A stretch of DNA of 32,000 nt from Candidatus Electronema halotolerans. GTDB lineage: Bacteria; Desulfobacterota; Desulfobulbia; Desulfobulbales; Desulfobulbaceae. The position numbers were made by a program, and so were the translations under genes. This document shows positions 1 to 9,741 of this stretch, one piece after another. The notes under the pieces are model-generated. The model was given only the letters and a program-made list of their open reading frames with translations. It was not told the DNA's origin and did no database searches. The stretch spans positions 1,680,001 to 1,712,000 of the forward strand of contig OW818675.1 in the NCBI GenBank assembly GCA_942493095.1, written 5' to 3'. Every line of letters starts with the position of its first letter. Positions within the stretch are counted from its first letter, which is position 1.

Positions 1-307
1 CATCCGCATCTGCCAGAGCATACTGATACACCGTGTCCGGCAGAAGTCCTTCCAGCTCCACCACTGCTGTGGTGTCTTTCTCTGCATCAACCACAAAATG
101 CACAGCCAATTTTTCAGCGGAAAAAGGTTCAGTATTGTTCAATGGCCAGTAAAGCAGGGTAAAATTGCCTGTCCGGCCAGTTCGCAGCCAAAGGCGGCAG
201 CTCGTCGCGGTGGTGTGGCCAACAATTGCAGCCACATCAAGATACGGATTGGGCCAAGGACGGTCATTCTTGCTCTCAAAATTATTGTTTGCAGATTGAT
301 TTCCCAT
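1..307 (-). CDS. PhoD-like / alkaline phosphatase D-type phosphoesterase, N-terminal part (runs off left edge)
   Basis: Absent from the ORF track because it has no stop in the window. Reverse complement from ATG at 307 reads MGNQSANNNFESKNDRPWPNPYLDVAAIVGHTTATSCRLWLRTGRTGNFTLLYWPLNNTEPFSAEKLAVHFVVDAEKDTTAVVELEGLLPDTVYQYALADAD, open to base 1. AGGAGG lies about 8 nt upstream. The N-terminus resembles the Fn3-like domain of PhoD enzymes. Confidence 0.6.
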   Translation of the reverse strand, partial: MGNQSANNNFESKNDRPWPNPYLDVAAIVGHTTATSCRLWLRTGRTGNFTLLYWPLNNTEPFSAEKLAVHFVVDAEKDTTAVVELEGLLPDTVYQYALADAD

Positions 308-876
308 TTGCTTTTCCTCCTGTTTTTTGCTTAGTGCGGGCAGCAGTGCCTGCCGCTTCTTTATTCAGTGTACTGGAAGAATTGCGCAAGAAACAAGAAA
401 AATAAGGAAAGGTGGTTGATAAAAGACAAATCGCAACAGCTGCATCTGTGCTCAATCTGTGACTTTTACCAACAACACAGCAATGTGCTCTCAAAAATCA
501 GTGATCTGGACTTTTCGAGCGTTTGGCAGCCTGTGTTGCGGAAGGTATATCCAGCATGCTGTTCTCTTGCTCACTCCGGCGTGAATGCTGACATCAGAAC
601 AGCATCTGCGGAATTCCGAGGTTCTTGCATAATTTTTTCGACAAGATTATACTCATGAGCGCGGAGCAGCCAAAGCGCGCCGCCCTGTAGTCAGTGTGTC
701 CGGTGATTCTTCATACCTTGGCCCCATGCCCTGAACTTCTATTCCCTGATCTCTGCTCACGAGCCGCTGTTTCTGCGACATGTTCCTGAATTCACGTCGG
801 TTCTGCACGACGTGGCCTGCCTGTCACTACCACAACTTTACGTTAACGAGCTGCTTTTCTTCTTCTCTGAAAACAG

Positions 877-2577
877 GTGTTTGGTCAATTAAGCCAGCAA
901 AATAAGACAAATAATTTCGACATGATCCGATCCCAACTGAAAAACCTTCTTGACCAATGTTTCCAGCAGGGCGTGGGCCAGGGCCTCTGGTCCGATGCCG
1001 CTGCTGGCCTGTACAATCTGGAAACGCCTCGCCACGAGGGCCAAGGCGACTTTGCCACCAACTTTGCCATGATTGTCGCGGGCAAAGAGCGGCGCAAGCC
1101 CCGCGACGTGGCGGAGCAGCTCGCCGCCATGCTCCGGCAGGATGCCGCTCTGCTTGAGAAAGTGGAAATCGCCGGGCCGGGCTTTGTCAATCTCTTCCTC
1201 AACCCGACGGTCTGGAGTTCAGTGCTCGCCCCGATAGCCGAGCAAGGCGGGCAGTTCGGTCTCTGCGATCTCGGCAAGGGCATGAAGGTGATGGTCGAGT
1301 TTGTCAGCGCGAACCCGACCGGCCCGCTCACGGTCGGGCATGGCCGCAACGCGGTGCTCGGCGACGCAGTAGCCCGCCTGCTCACGGCGGCTGGCTATGA
1401 TGTCACCCGTGAGTATTACTTCAACGATGCCGGACGGCAGATGCGTGTGCTCGGCCAGTCGCTCAAGGCCCGCTACTTGGAAAAGCTCGGCCTGCCGAAC
1501 GAGTTCCCGGAAGACGGCTATCAGGGCGGCTACATGCACGAAATCGCCCAAGGCATGATTGACGAGGCAGGCGACGGCTTCAAGGACGCAGACTTGGATG
1601 TCTTCCGCCAGCGGGCGCAGGATGCGATTTTTGCGGATATTGACGCGACCCTGAAGCGGATCGGCATCTGCTTTGATTCCTACTACAACGAACGCGATCT
1701 GTATGAAAAAGGTTTGATCGAAGACGTGGTGAACGCGCTGCGGGCCAAGGGACTGGTTTATGAGCAGGAGGGCGCGACCTGGTTCAAGACCACCGAGTTC
1801 GGCCAGGCGCAGGACCGGGTGATTATCAAAAACACTGGCGAGCCGACCTATCGCCTGCCAGATATCGCCTATCACCGGGAGAAGTTCCGGCGCGGCTTTG
1901 AGCGGATGATCAACGTTTTTGGCGCGGATCATATAGCCACGGTGCCGGACGTGCTGGCCGGAGTTGAGGCTCTTGGCTATGACAAGTCCAAGGTGGATGT
2001 GCTGATGTATCAGTTTGTCACCCTGCTGCGCGGCGGCAAGCAGGTCAAGATGTCCACCCGCAAGGCTTCCTACATCACGGTCGATGAGCTGGTCGATGAG
2101 GTCGGCATTGATGCCTTCCGCTTCTTCTTCCTGATGCGCAAGTCTGACTCGCAGTTGGAGTTTGATTTGGAATTAGCCAAGGCCCAAAGCCAAGAAAATC
2201 CGGTCTATTACGTGCAATACGCCCATGCCCGGCTCTGCTCCATTGAGCGGCTGGCCGAGGAGCGCGGCATCGCCCTGCCTGAGCCTGCGGGCACGGATTT
2301 GAGCCTGCTGCAAGAGGCGGAGGAATATCAGCTTCTCAAGACCTTGGCCGCCTATCCCGGCTTGGTCGCGGATGCGGCGGAGGCTTTAGCCCCGCACCGG
2401 CTCATCTTTTTCCTGATGGAGCTGGCCGGACAGTTTCACTCCTTCTACAACAAGCACAAGGTAATGACTGAGGAAGCCCAGCTCACGGCGGCCCGGCTTT
2501 GTCTCTGTCGCGGAATTCGGACGGCCTTGGCAAATGGGCTGGAGCTGGTTGGCGTGGCTGCGCCGGAACGGATGTAG
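877..2577 (+). CDS. argS: Arginyl-tRNA synthetase (start may be ATG at 922 rather than GTG at 877)
   Basis: 566-aa ORF with class I ArgRS features: EFVSANPTGPLTVGHGRNAVLGD, IRADHI-like GADHIATVP, C-terminal anticodon-binding domain ending ELVGVAAPERM. Confidence 0.97.
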   Translation: MFGQLSQQNKTNNFDMIRSQLKNLLDQCFQQGVGQGLWSDAAAGLYNLETPRHEGQGDFATNFAMIVAGKERRKPRDVAEQLAAMLRQDAALLEKVEIAGPGFVNLFLNPTVWSSVLAPIAEQGGQFGLCDLGKGMKVMVEFVSANPTGPLTVGHGRNAVLGDAVARLLTAAGYDVTREYYFNDAGRQMRVLGQSLKARYLEKLGLPNEFPEDGYQGGYMHEIAQGMIDEAGDGFKDADLDVFRQRAQDAIFADIDATLKRIGICFDSYYNERDLYEKGLIEDVVNALRAKGLVYEQEGATWFKTTEFGQAQDRVIIKNTGEPTYRLPDIAYHREKFRRGFERMINVFGADHIATVPDVLAGVEALGYDKSKVDVLMYQFVTLLRGGKQVKMSTRKASYITVDELVDEVGIDAFRFFFLMRKSDSQLEFDLELAKAQSQENPVYYVQYAHARLCSIERLAEERGIALPEPAGTDLSLLQEAEEYQLLKTLAAYPGLVADAAEALAPHRLIFFLMELAGQFHSFYNKHKVMTEEAQLTAARLCLCRGIRTALANGLELVGVAAPERM

Positions 2578-2585
2578 AAGAGCAA

Positions 2586-2612
2586 GGGGCGGGAAGACCG
2601 CCCCTTTTGTTT
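2586..2612 (+). terminator. Rho-independent terminator of argS
   Basis: GGGGCGG-GAAGA-CCGCCCC followed by TTTTGTTT, 9 nt after the argS stop. Confidence 0.85.
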
Positions 2613-2638
2613 GCTCCTGCGGGCTACAGAATTAAGAA

Positions 2639-2668
2639 CTGCCGGGAGGCAGAGACACCTCCCGGCAG
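2639..2668 (-). terminator. Putative terminator-like hairpin downstream of the P-type ATPase
   Basis: 11-bp perfect stem CTGCCGGGAGG/CCTCCCGGCAG with an 8-nt loop, between convergent genes. The T-tract on the minus strand is weak. Confidence 0.5.
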
Positions 2669-2685
2669 CTTGCAAGGAATCCGGC

Positions 2686-5328
2686 TCAGGCTTTTTTTCG
2701 ATGAAAAATCGCCTTTCTCGCCAGATCAAAGGGAATGATGAGGATGGAGAAGAGCATGACCCAGAACCAGTCTGTAGCACCCAAGGCCACGGTGCGGAAG
2801 ACCTCGCCGCCAATATAGGTGATAATTACCTGCACCAAGAAGATCAGGCCCACCACGGCAATAAAGCCTTTGTTCTTGTCGAGATGATCAAACAGCCGCA
2901 GGTCTGTGACCCGAACATTGAACTTGTTGAAGTTGTTGAGAAAGACAAAGATGGCAAAAAAGGCGGTCAGGAAGGTCGCCTTGTCAGCAAAGAGATTGTG
3001 GATGAATTCGGCCTTTAACAGGAACACGCAGAGAACGGTCATGAAAAAGCCGTTGGCCAGAATGGACTGCCACATGTCTTTGGTGATGATATGCTCTTCC
3101 CGCTGCTTTGGCTTTTCCTCCATGTATTCCGGCAGCGGCGGCTCGCCGGAAAAAGCCAAGGCCGCCAAGGTGTCCATGACCAAGTTGACCCAGAGGAGCT
3201 GAATCACGGTCAGGGGCAATTCAAAGCCGAGGAACGGGCCAAGGAAGGCGATGGAAATCGCGGCCACATTGACTGTGAGCTGGAAGGTGATGAACTTCTG
3301 GATCGACTTGTAAATAGTCCGGCCATAATGCACCGCATTGGCAATCGAGCTGATGTTGTCATCCAGCACAACAATATCTGAAGCCTCTTTGGCCACTTCG
3401 GTGCCACTGCCCAATCCGAAGCCAATATCCGCCGCGCTCAGGGCCGGGCTGTCATTGACTCCGTCGCCGGTCATGCCCACGACCATGCCCATTTCCTGAG
3501 CCACCTTGACCAGGCGGGATTTGTCAGACGGGAGGCAGCGGGCCACAACCCGCAGGTGCGGCAGCACCGTTTTCAGCTCTTGGTCAGACAGCTTGCCCAA
3601 CTCCTCAGAGGTCAGGAGCACATCCTCGGCAGAGGTGATCAGGCCGGAATCTCTGCCAATCGCCTCAGCCGTGCCCTTGCGGTCGCCGGTGATCATGACC
3701 ACTTGAATGCCTGCGCTGCGCAGCTCCTTGATTGTGGCCGCAGAGTCAGGCCGCAGATCATCGCGGATCAGGGCGAAACCAAGCAGGCTCAGATGATCGG
3801 ACAGCTCGTCCAGACTGGCAGGAATTTCCTCCTCAGTCAAAGCAATGCCGATCAGCCGGAAGCCCTTGTCGCCTCTGCTGTCCAGCTCATTAAAAAGTGC
3901 CTCTTTCTGTTCTGCTGACAGCGGCGCGACCTCGCCCTGGCTGGTGTAATAGGTGCCGCACTTGTCTAAAATCCACTCCGGCGCGCCTTTGAGATAGGTC
4001 ATCACCTGGCCACTGGCCTGCTCTTTCAGGCGGACAGCGGCAAATTTCCGGGCGGAATTGAATTGCAGCTCATCCACCCGCTCAAAGGCTTTGTCCTCGT
4101 ACTGGCATTCCTTGACATCAGCCTGAGAAAATTTGACCAAGGCGCGGTCAGTGCTGTTGCCGCCGAGAATGCGCTCTGCTTCTAAGGCCGCATTGCAGTT
4201 GACCACGCAGGAGGTGTTCTCGCGCAGGGACACATCCAAGAGGCGGGCATTCTTTTCCGGCAGCTCATCAAGAGCATTGTACTGCTTCACGCCTGCTTCT
4301 CCATCTGCGACAGCTAAGAAACCAACGGTCTCCATCTGACCTTTGGTGATGGTGCCGGTTTTGTCGGTGAAAAGCAGGTTGAGACTGCCAGAGGTCTCCA
4401 CACCAAGAAGCTGGCGCACAAGAACATTGGATTTGAGCAGCTTGCGCATGTTCTGGGCCAAGACAATGGCTATCATCATCGGCAGTCCTTCCGGCACTGC
4501 CACGACAATGATGATCACCGCCAAAATCAGAGCTTTGACTATGGTGTAGATCAGCGAATGGCTGACATCGTCCAAATAAAGCTCCTTGAACATGAAGGCC
4601 AATGCAATCAGCGGGGCGGCAATGTAGCCGAACAGGGCGATCTGGTCAGCTAATTTGGCCAATTTCACCCGCAGCGGCCCCATGCGCTCGTCGCTTTTCA
4701 AGCCTTCGGCCAGTCGGCCCAGATGGGTTCTGTCGCCGACTTGGCGCACCTCCATCACGGCTTCGCCATCCTCAACAATGGTGCCCCGGAAGACTGCATG
4801 GTCGTCTTCAAGATTCTCAACATCCGCCTCGCCCGGCGTTTTGCTCCGTGGTTCAGGCTCACCAGTCAGGGCCGCTTGACTGATCTTTGCTTTGCCCTGC
4901 ACCACGGCACCGTCTGCTGGGATTTTGTCGCCCGGCTGCAGCAGGACATAATCGCCGACCACTATATCGTCAATGCCGACTACAGAAACACTGTTTTCCC
5001 GGAAAACATTGACCTTAATCTTGGAGGCTTCCTCTTGCAGCTTCTGAAAGGTCTGCTCGTTTTTAAACTCAGAAAAAGTGGAAACCAAGGTGGCCAAAAT
5101 CACTGCCGCAGCAATGCCGACTCCCTCATACCATTCAGCTTTTCCGAATACAGCCAGCGTAGTGATGATGACCAAGGCGACCGTCAGAATGATGATCATC
5201 GGATCTTTGAGATTGTCAAGCAGCTTGTCCCAGAAGGTCTCGCTTTCCACCACGCTGATCTGGTTGGAACCGTGCGTTGTTCTGGATGCCTCGACTTCCT
5301 GACGCGAAAGTCCCTTAAAATGATACAT
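2686..5328 (-). CDS. Calcium-translocating P-type ATPase (PMCA/SERCA-like, P2-type)
   Basis: DKTGTITKG phosphorylation motif, TGEPEPRSKTP, MVTGDGVNDSPAL, PEGLPMMIAIVLA M4 segment. ORF track begins at a TTG at 5376; ATG at 5328 (MYHFKGLSRQEVE) is a likelier start. Confidence 0.93.
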   Translation of the reverse strand: MYHFKGLSRQEVEASRTTHGSNQISVVESETFWDKLLDNLKDPMIIILTVALVIITTLAVFGKAEWYEGVGIAAAVILATLVSTFSEFKNEQTFQKLQEEASKIKVNVFRENSVSVVGIDDIVVGDYVLLQPGDKIPADGAVVQGKAKISQAALTGEPEPRSKTPGEADVENLEDDHAVFRGTIVEDGEAVMEVRQVGDRTHLGRLAEGLKSDERMGPLRVKLAKLADQIALFGYIAAPLIALAFMFKELYLDDVSHSLIYTIVKALILAVIIIVVAVPEGLPMMIAIVLAQNMRKLLKSNVLVRQLLGVETSGSLNLLFTDKTGTITKGQMETVGFLAVADGEAGVKQYNALDELPEKNARLLDVSLRENTSCVVNCNAALEAERILGGNSTDRALVKFSQADVKECQYEDKAFERVDELQFNSARKFAAVRLKEQASGQVMTYLKGAPEWILDKCGTYYTSQGEVAPLSAEQKEALFNELDSRGDKGFRLIGIALTEEEIPASLDELSDHLSLLGFALIRDDLRPDSAATIKELRSAGIQVVMITGDRKGTAEAIGRDSGLITSAEDVLLTSEELGKLSDQELKTVLPHLRVVARCLPSDKSRLVKVAQEMGMVVGMTGDGVNDSPALSAADIGFGLGSGTEVAKEASDIVVLDDNISSIANAVHYGRTIYKSIQKFITFQLTVNVAAISIAFLGPFLGFELPLTVIQLLWVNLVMDTLAALAFSGEPPLPEYMEEKPKQREEHIITKDMWQSILANGFFMTVLCVFLLKAEFIHNLFADKATFLTAFFAIFVFLNNFNKFNVRVTDLRLFDHLDKNKGFIAVVGLIFLVQVIITYIGGEVFRTVALGATDWFWVMLFSILIIPFDLARKAIFHRKKA

Positions 5329-5464
5329 GTTCTGTTTTCCTCCAATTGAATCGGGTTGTTGTTGCGCCTGCTGCAATATCCTGCGCCGATTCAGGATGCT
5401 GGCAGGCGGGCTGTAAAACTGCCCTGAGCAAAGTCAAAGGGCGCATAGTGAAATTCTGTTTGAA

Positions 5465-6970
5465 TCATGCCTCCACAAGCTGGACATGCAGCAGTCTGCC
5501 GCCGTTTTCCTTGTCTAACAAGATTTGGCTGTTATGGTTGAGCACAATGCGTCCGCCCGGCGGCACCGGCTTTTTTGTGGCCAGATCAATCAGGCCGGGC
5601 AGCCGCTCGTTGACCAAGAGCCAGTTGTTGTTGTGCAGGAGAAAATAACCGACCCGCTGCCGGTCCTGCGCTGCCAGCCGCTCATTGGGAACAACAGTCC
5701 GGTTGACATGCCACGGGAACAGCGACTGCCCAGTATAAACCATCAGGCGGTGGTTGTCTGGAAGAAATTTGCCGTCATGTCGGCTGGAATAGAGATTGAG
5801 CACTGGCAGCTTGCCTTTGTAGGGCGTGCCGCAGAACGGACATTTGGGCGACTTGGTGTTGTCAAAGACATACCATTTCTGCTCGCACTGCGGGTTGGCG
5901 CAGGGCTGAAGCAGGTCAACGGTTTTAATCAGGGCCTGTTCCCATTCATCCGCAGTGGGCCGTTTTTCCGGGCTATGCAGCCCTGCAACAAAGGCCCGCT
6001 GAAAGAGTTCCGTCAAATATGGCCCAGTGACCTGACAGGGCAACGTGGCCGTGTCTTTCCAAGGCAGCTCCAAGGGCTTGAGATCGTCAAGGCGAATCTT
6101 GTTGGAATGGTCGGACGGATGCTCAACAAAGAGGGCACGTTCGCCCATAGACAAATCTTCGTCCCGCTGCGGATCGTCAATATCATGCACCTTGTCGCCG
6201 CGCAACGGATGGCGGAGAAGCAGGTACATGTAGATCAAAACCGCCAAGGCGTGCCGGTCTGTGGCAATGGAAGGCAGCTTGCGCTGGGGATCGTTTCTGT
6301 CTAAATGCGCAGTCTTGATCACCTCCGGGGCAATGAAATCCGGGGTGCCCACCACATCTGGCGGAAATTTGCCCGGCACCACCAGGCCATCAATATCAAT
6401 GATGCAGGCATGGCCGCCAACCGGGTCAATCAGCACATTCTTATACGACAAGTCAGAATGGGCCAGCCCGGCAGCGTGCATCCGCCGCACGGCCCGGCTG
6501 AGAAGAATGGCAATGCGGAGATACTCAAGCCAGCAGCCGCGCTCGGCAGGATCAAGATACTTATTGCGGTTGCTGGGCGAGGCAAACCACTTGCCTTCCT
6601 TTTCCCGGCCTTTGATTTTAAGAAAATCGTTGTTGATCGAACCGATAGCAAAGAAAAAATGCTTTTGATAGACTGGCACCATGACCCCGACGCGCCCGGC
6701 CTCATCAGTCACCATCCGGCTCGGCCAGCGGAACAGGTTTTCCCAGTACTCCCCGCTTTCCTGATTGAATATTCGCTCCCGGTAAATCCCGGTGATCATT
6801 TCCAGCCGTTCTTGGGCCTGCCTGTCCTGCGGGTCCCGGAAAAAGGCGAGCACGTTCTGGCGGTCTGGGGTGAAATAAACATCCTTCATGCCGCCGGAGC
6901 CGATGATCTCATCCACATATTCGACCGTGCCGCCGTCCTTGGCTATGGCTTTTCGCAGTTGCGCAGTCAT
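5465..6970 (-). CDS. Ser/Thr protein kinase-like protein with zinc ribbon and C-terminal beta-rich region (TerY-P-associated kinase type)
   Basis: G-loop IIGSGGMKDVY, catalytic loop HSDLSYKNVLID, DIDG in place of DFG, GTPDFIAPEV (APE), then CANPQCEQKW...CPFCGTPYKG zinc ribbon and a beta-rich C-terminus ending GRLLHVQLVEA. Confidence 0.8.
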   Translation of the reverse strand: MTAQLRKAIAKDGGTVEYVDEIIGSGGMKDVYFTPDRQNVLAFFRDPQDRQAQERLEMITGIYRERIFNQESGEYWENLFRWPSRMVTDEAGRVGVMVPVYQKHFFFAIGSINNDFLKIKGREKEGKWFASPSNRNKYLDPAERGCWLEYLRIAILLSRAVRRMHAAGLAHSDLSYKNVLIDPVGGHACIIDIDGLVVPGKFPPDVVGTPDFIAPEVIKTAHLDRNDPQRKLPSIATDRHALAVLIYMYLLLRHPLRGDKVHDIDDPQRDEDLSMGERALFVEHPSDHSNKIRLDDLKPLELPWKDTATLPCQVTGPYLTELFQRAFVAGLHSPEKRPTADEWEQALIKTVDLLQPCANPQCEQKWYVFDNTKSPKCPFCGTPYKGKLPVLNLYSSRHDGKFLPDNHRLMVYTGQSLFPWHVNRTVVPNERLAAQDRQRVGYFLLHNNNWLLVNERLPGLIDLATKKPVPPGGRIVLNHNSQILLDKENGGRLLHVQLVEA

Positions 6971-7027
6971 GCTGTTGATTTTCTCCTTCCCCTGCCCATC
7001 ATATTTTATAGTCGCGGGCAGGTTTAT

Positions 7028-7732
7028 TCAATGCCCGTTTTGGCCAAACTCTTCCCAGAGCTGCCGGTACATGCTGTTCATAGTTGCCTCAAGCTGCTGC
7101 CGGTATTGCTCGGTTGCTGCGGCAGTCAGTTCCGGCTCCACCCAGAGCAGTCCGCCGTATTGCAAAATAATCGAACTGAAAGGCAGAGGAAGCACGGTGC
7201 GGTCCCATGAATTGAAGGCCTTATAGCGTTTGGCAGCCCAGACTATGGGCATGATCGGCGAGCCGGACTTGGCGGCCAGCAGCACTGCGCCCGGCTGCGC
7301 TTTCAGGGCCGGGCCTTGCGAGCCGTCCGCAACAATGCCTGCATTCTTGCCCTGTTTGACATGATCAACCATGCCCTTCAACGCCCGGATGCCAAAGCGG
7401 TTGGCCGAGCCGCGCACCGTCTCAAAGTGGAGCAGCCCGGCAACGCGGGCAATGTATTCGCCGTCCCTGCTTGCGCTGACCATTGCCACGCCCGGATATT
7501 GGCGCAGGTGGTGGAGCATGTAAAAAAGCGAGTAATGCCAGAAGGGCACCACCCCGGCCCCGTGCGCCAGCACCTTGGTCAGGTTGTCAAGCCCGCGCAC
7601 TTCGAGGCGGCAGGTGCTGAACCAGAGCGAGGACAGGGCCACGTAGAGGCGTGGAACAACTGCGATGGATGTTTTGTAGAGCAGATCAGACAAGCATTCC
7701 CTCCAAAGGGCGTTCAGCTTTTTACACCGCAC
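7028..7732 (-). CDS. DUF374-type lysophospholipid/lipid A-like acyltransferase
   Basis: WHYSLFYMLHHL, VSASRDGEYIARVAGLLHFETVRGS, GIVADGSQGPALKAQPGAVLLAAKSGSPIMP pattern typical of DUF374 family proteins; GTG start. Confidence 0.8.
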   Translation of the reverse strand: MRCKKLNALWRECLSDLLYKTSIAVVPRLYVALSSLWFSTCRLEVRGLDNLTKVLAHGAGVVPFWHYSLFYMLHHLRQYPGVAMVSASRDGEYIARVAGLLHFETVRGSANRFGIRALKGMVDHVKQGKNAGIVADGSQGPALKAQPGAVLLAAKSGSPIMPIVWAAKRYKAFNSWDRTVLPLPFSSIILQYGGLLWVEPELTAAATEQYRQQLEATMNSMYRQLWEEFGQNGH

Positions 7733-8765
7733 TGAAGATTTTCAGATAAAGCCGCAGCAGGCCGTTTCCCTTGCCCTGTTCGCTGCGTCTGCGCATGATG
7801 GAATCGACTGCCGCCTTTTCCGCTTCGTGCAGACAGGCGGCAAATTCCGCCGCGCTCAGGCGGTCATGACAACGAATTTCGTCTTGTTTTCTACGCATCC
7901 TGCCGCATCCTGCCAAGGCCTCGGCCATGCCTTGGCAATAGGCCCGCAGATGTCCTTTTTTGATGGAAAAGAGCAGCCAGCAAAATTGATACATCGCAAT
8001 CACCGGCAGAAAACGGAGAAAGAGCAGCAACGAATAATGCTTGCCCAGGACGTAGATGGAATTGCGGGTGGAAAGGCGGATGGTGAAGGGATTGAACTTT
8101 GAGCCGCTGCTGGCGCTGCCAATATGATAGACTTGCGCTGCTGGAACATACCAGGCCCTGCCGCCTGCCCTGTTCAGGCGCAGATTGAAATCAACATCTT
8201 CCAAATAGGCAAAAAAGTCCTCATCAAAGAGGCCGATGCGATCAAAGAGTGAACGTCGGTACAGGGCTGCTCCGGCGCAGGCTCCGAAGACCGGCCCCGG
8301 CTGATTATAGGTTTCACAGTCTTTCTCCATCGTGCCGAGCCGGTAGCCTGCCCCGCCGCGCAAATAGGCATCACCTGCGCCGTCCAGCACTTCGCGCTGC
8401 TGAAAACTGAGCATCTTTGGGGTAAAAACATCATACGCCGGCAGAGCTTCTGCGGCCTTGAGCAGATGCTGCAAGCAGTCCGGCTCCAGTTCCGTGTCGT
8501 TGTTGAGGAGAAAAATATAGGGCGCATTGCTGCTGCGAATGCCCGCATTCACTGCCGCGCTGAAGCCCCGGTTTTCCGGCAGGGCAATCAAGCGCACATC
8601 AGGCTGGTCTGTCCGCAGATACTCTAAGGAGCCATCAGCCGAGCCGTTATCAACCACGATGATCTGCCATGCGCTGCACTGCTGCCCCTGAATGGAGGAG
8701 AGACAGCCGGGGAGAAAGCGCAGGCCGTTCCAGTTGGGAATGACAATGCTGACCGCAGCGGTCAT
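7722..8765 (-). CDS. Family 2 glycosyltransferase (rhamnosyltransferase-like)
   Basis: VSIVIPNWNGLRFLPGCLSSI, VVDNGSADGS, PENRGFSAAVNAGI, LLNNDTELE; C-terminal membrane-associated tail. Confidence 0.9.
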   Translation of the reverse strand: MTAAVSIVIPNWNGLRFLPGCLSSIQGQQCSAWQIIVVDNGSADGSLEYLRTDQPDVRLIALPENRGFSAAVNAGIRSSNAPYIFLLNNDTELEPDCLQHLLKAAEALPAYDVFTPKMLSFQQREVLDGAGDAYLRGGAGYRLGTMEKDCETYNQPGPVFGACAGAALYRRSLFDRIGLFDEDFFAYLEDVDFNLRLNRAGGRAWYVPAAQVYHIGSASSGSKFNPFTIRLSTRNSIYVLGKHYSLLLFLRFLPVIAMYQFCWLLFSIKKGHLRAYCQGMAEALAGCGRMRRKQDEIRCHDRLSAAEFAACLHEAEKAAVDSIMRRRSEQGKGNGLLRLYLKIFSAV

Positions 8766-9715
8766 GCTTCTTCCTGCCTGCCCAGCACTTTGCGCACCAC
8801 GTAGATCGGCTTGTTCTGTGATTCGTGGTAGGTGCGCACTTGCAGCTCGCCGAGCAGGCCGATGGAGATGAACTGAATGCCCATGAAGATCAGCAGCACA
8901 GCCAGCAGGAGCAGAGGCCGGTCAGAGAGCGGCTTGTCAAAGAAGGTCCGCTGGATGGTCATCAGCAGGGCAAGAGCAAAGCCGAAACCGCCGCTGGCCA
9001 TGCCCAGCATCCCGAAAACATGAATGGGCCGGGTGGAAAAGGTGAGGAGGAATTTGACGGTCATCAGATCCAGAACCACCCGCAAGGTGCGGGAAATGCC
9101 GTACTTTGAGGTGCCGTGCAGCCGGGGCCGGTGATTGGCTTTGACCTCGGCGATGCGGCTGCCCACGCCGCTGGCAATGGCCGGAATAAAACGGTGCATT
9201 TCACCATAGAGATGAATGCCTTGGGTGATCTCCCGGCGGAAGGTCTTGAGGGTGCAGCCGTAGTCATGGAGATGCACGCCCGTGACCGTGGAAATGATCT
9301 TGTTGGCGATCATTGAAGGCAGACGGCGGTTGAGGAAAGGGTCCTGCCGCTTGTGCCGCCAGCCGCTGACCAAGTCGTAGCCTTCGGTCATCTTGGCCAA
9401 AAACATCGGGATGTCGTGCGGATCGTTCTGCATGTCGCCGTCCAAGGTGGCGATCACGTCACCAGAGGCGTAGTCAAAACCAGCAGACATGGCTGCGGTC
9501 TGGCCAAAGTTGCGGCGGAAGGAGATCACCACTACCTTGTCATCCTGCTGCTGAATGCTCTCCAGCAGGGCAAGGCTGCTGTCATGCGAGCCGTCATCAA
9601 CAAAGACGATTTCGTGCCCGCATTCAAGCGTGTTCAGCACGCCTTTCAGCTCTTCATAGAGCGGCCTGATGTTTTCTTCTTCGTTGTAGATGGGTATGAC
9701 GACGGAGAGTTTCAT
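8762..9715 (-). CDS. Family 2 glycosyltransferase, polyprenyl-phosphate type (ArnC/DPM1-like, two C-terminal TM helices)
   Basis: MKLSVVIPIYNEEENIRPLYEEL, VFVDDGSHDSS, RRNFGQTAAMSAGFDYASGDVIATLDGDMQNDP; hydrophobic C-terminus. Track start at 9742 moved to the ATG at 9715. Confidence 0.92.
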   Translation of the reverse strand: MKLSVVIPIYNEEENIRPLYEELKGVLNTLECGHEIVFVDDGSHDSSLALLESIQQQDDKVVVISFRRNFGQTAAMSAGFDYASGDVIATLDGDMQNDPHDIPMFLAKMTEGYDLVSGWRHKRQDPFLNRRLPSMIANKIISTVTGVHLHDYGCTLKTFRREITQGIHLYGEMHRFIPAIASGVGSRIAEVKANHRPRLHGTSKYGISRTLRVVLDLMTVKFLLTFSTRPIHVFGMLGMASGGFGFALALLMTIQRTFFDKPLSDRPLLLLAVLLIFMGIQFISIGLLGELQVRTYHESQNKPIYVVRKVLGRQEEA

Positions 9716-9741
9716 GATTGTAAGTTCCTGTTCAACGGGCA

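Noticed and set aside
115-130. Suspected frameshift in the PhoD-like gene at the homopolymer after GAACC
   Set aside because: Recounting shows AAAAA (5) on the plus strand; the frame GAA CCT TTT TCC GCT GAA AAA remains open to base 1.
4602-5349. Plus-strand ORFs 4602-4883 and 4723-5349
   Set aside because: Antisense to the well supported P-type ATPase; no recognisable protein features.
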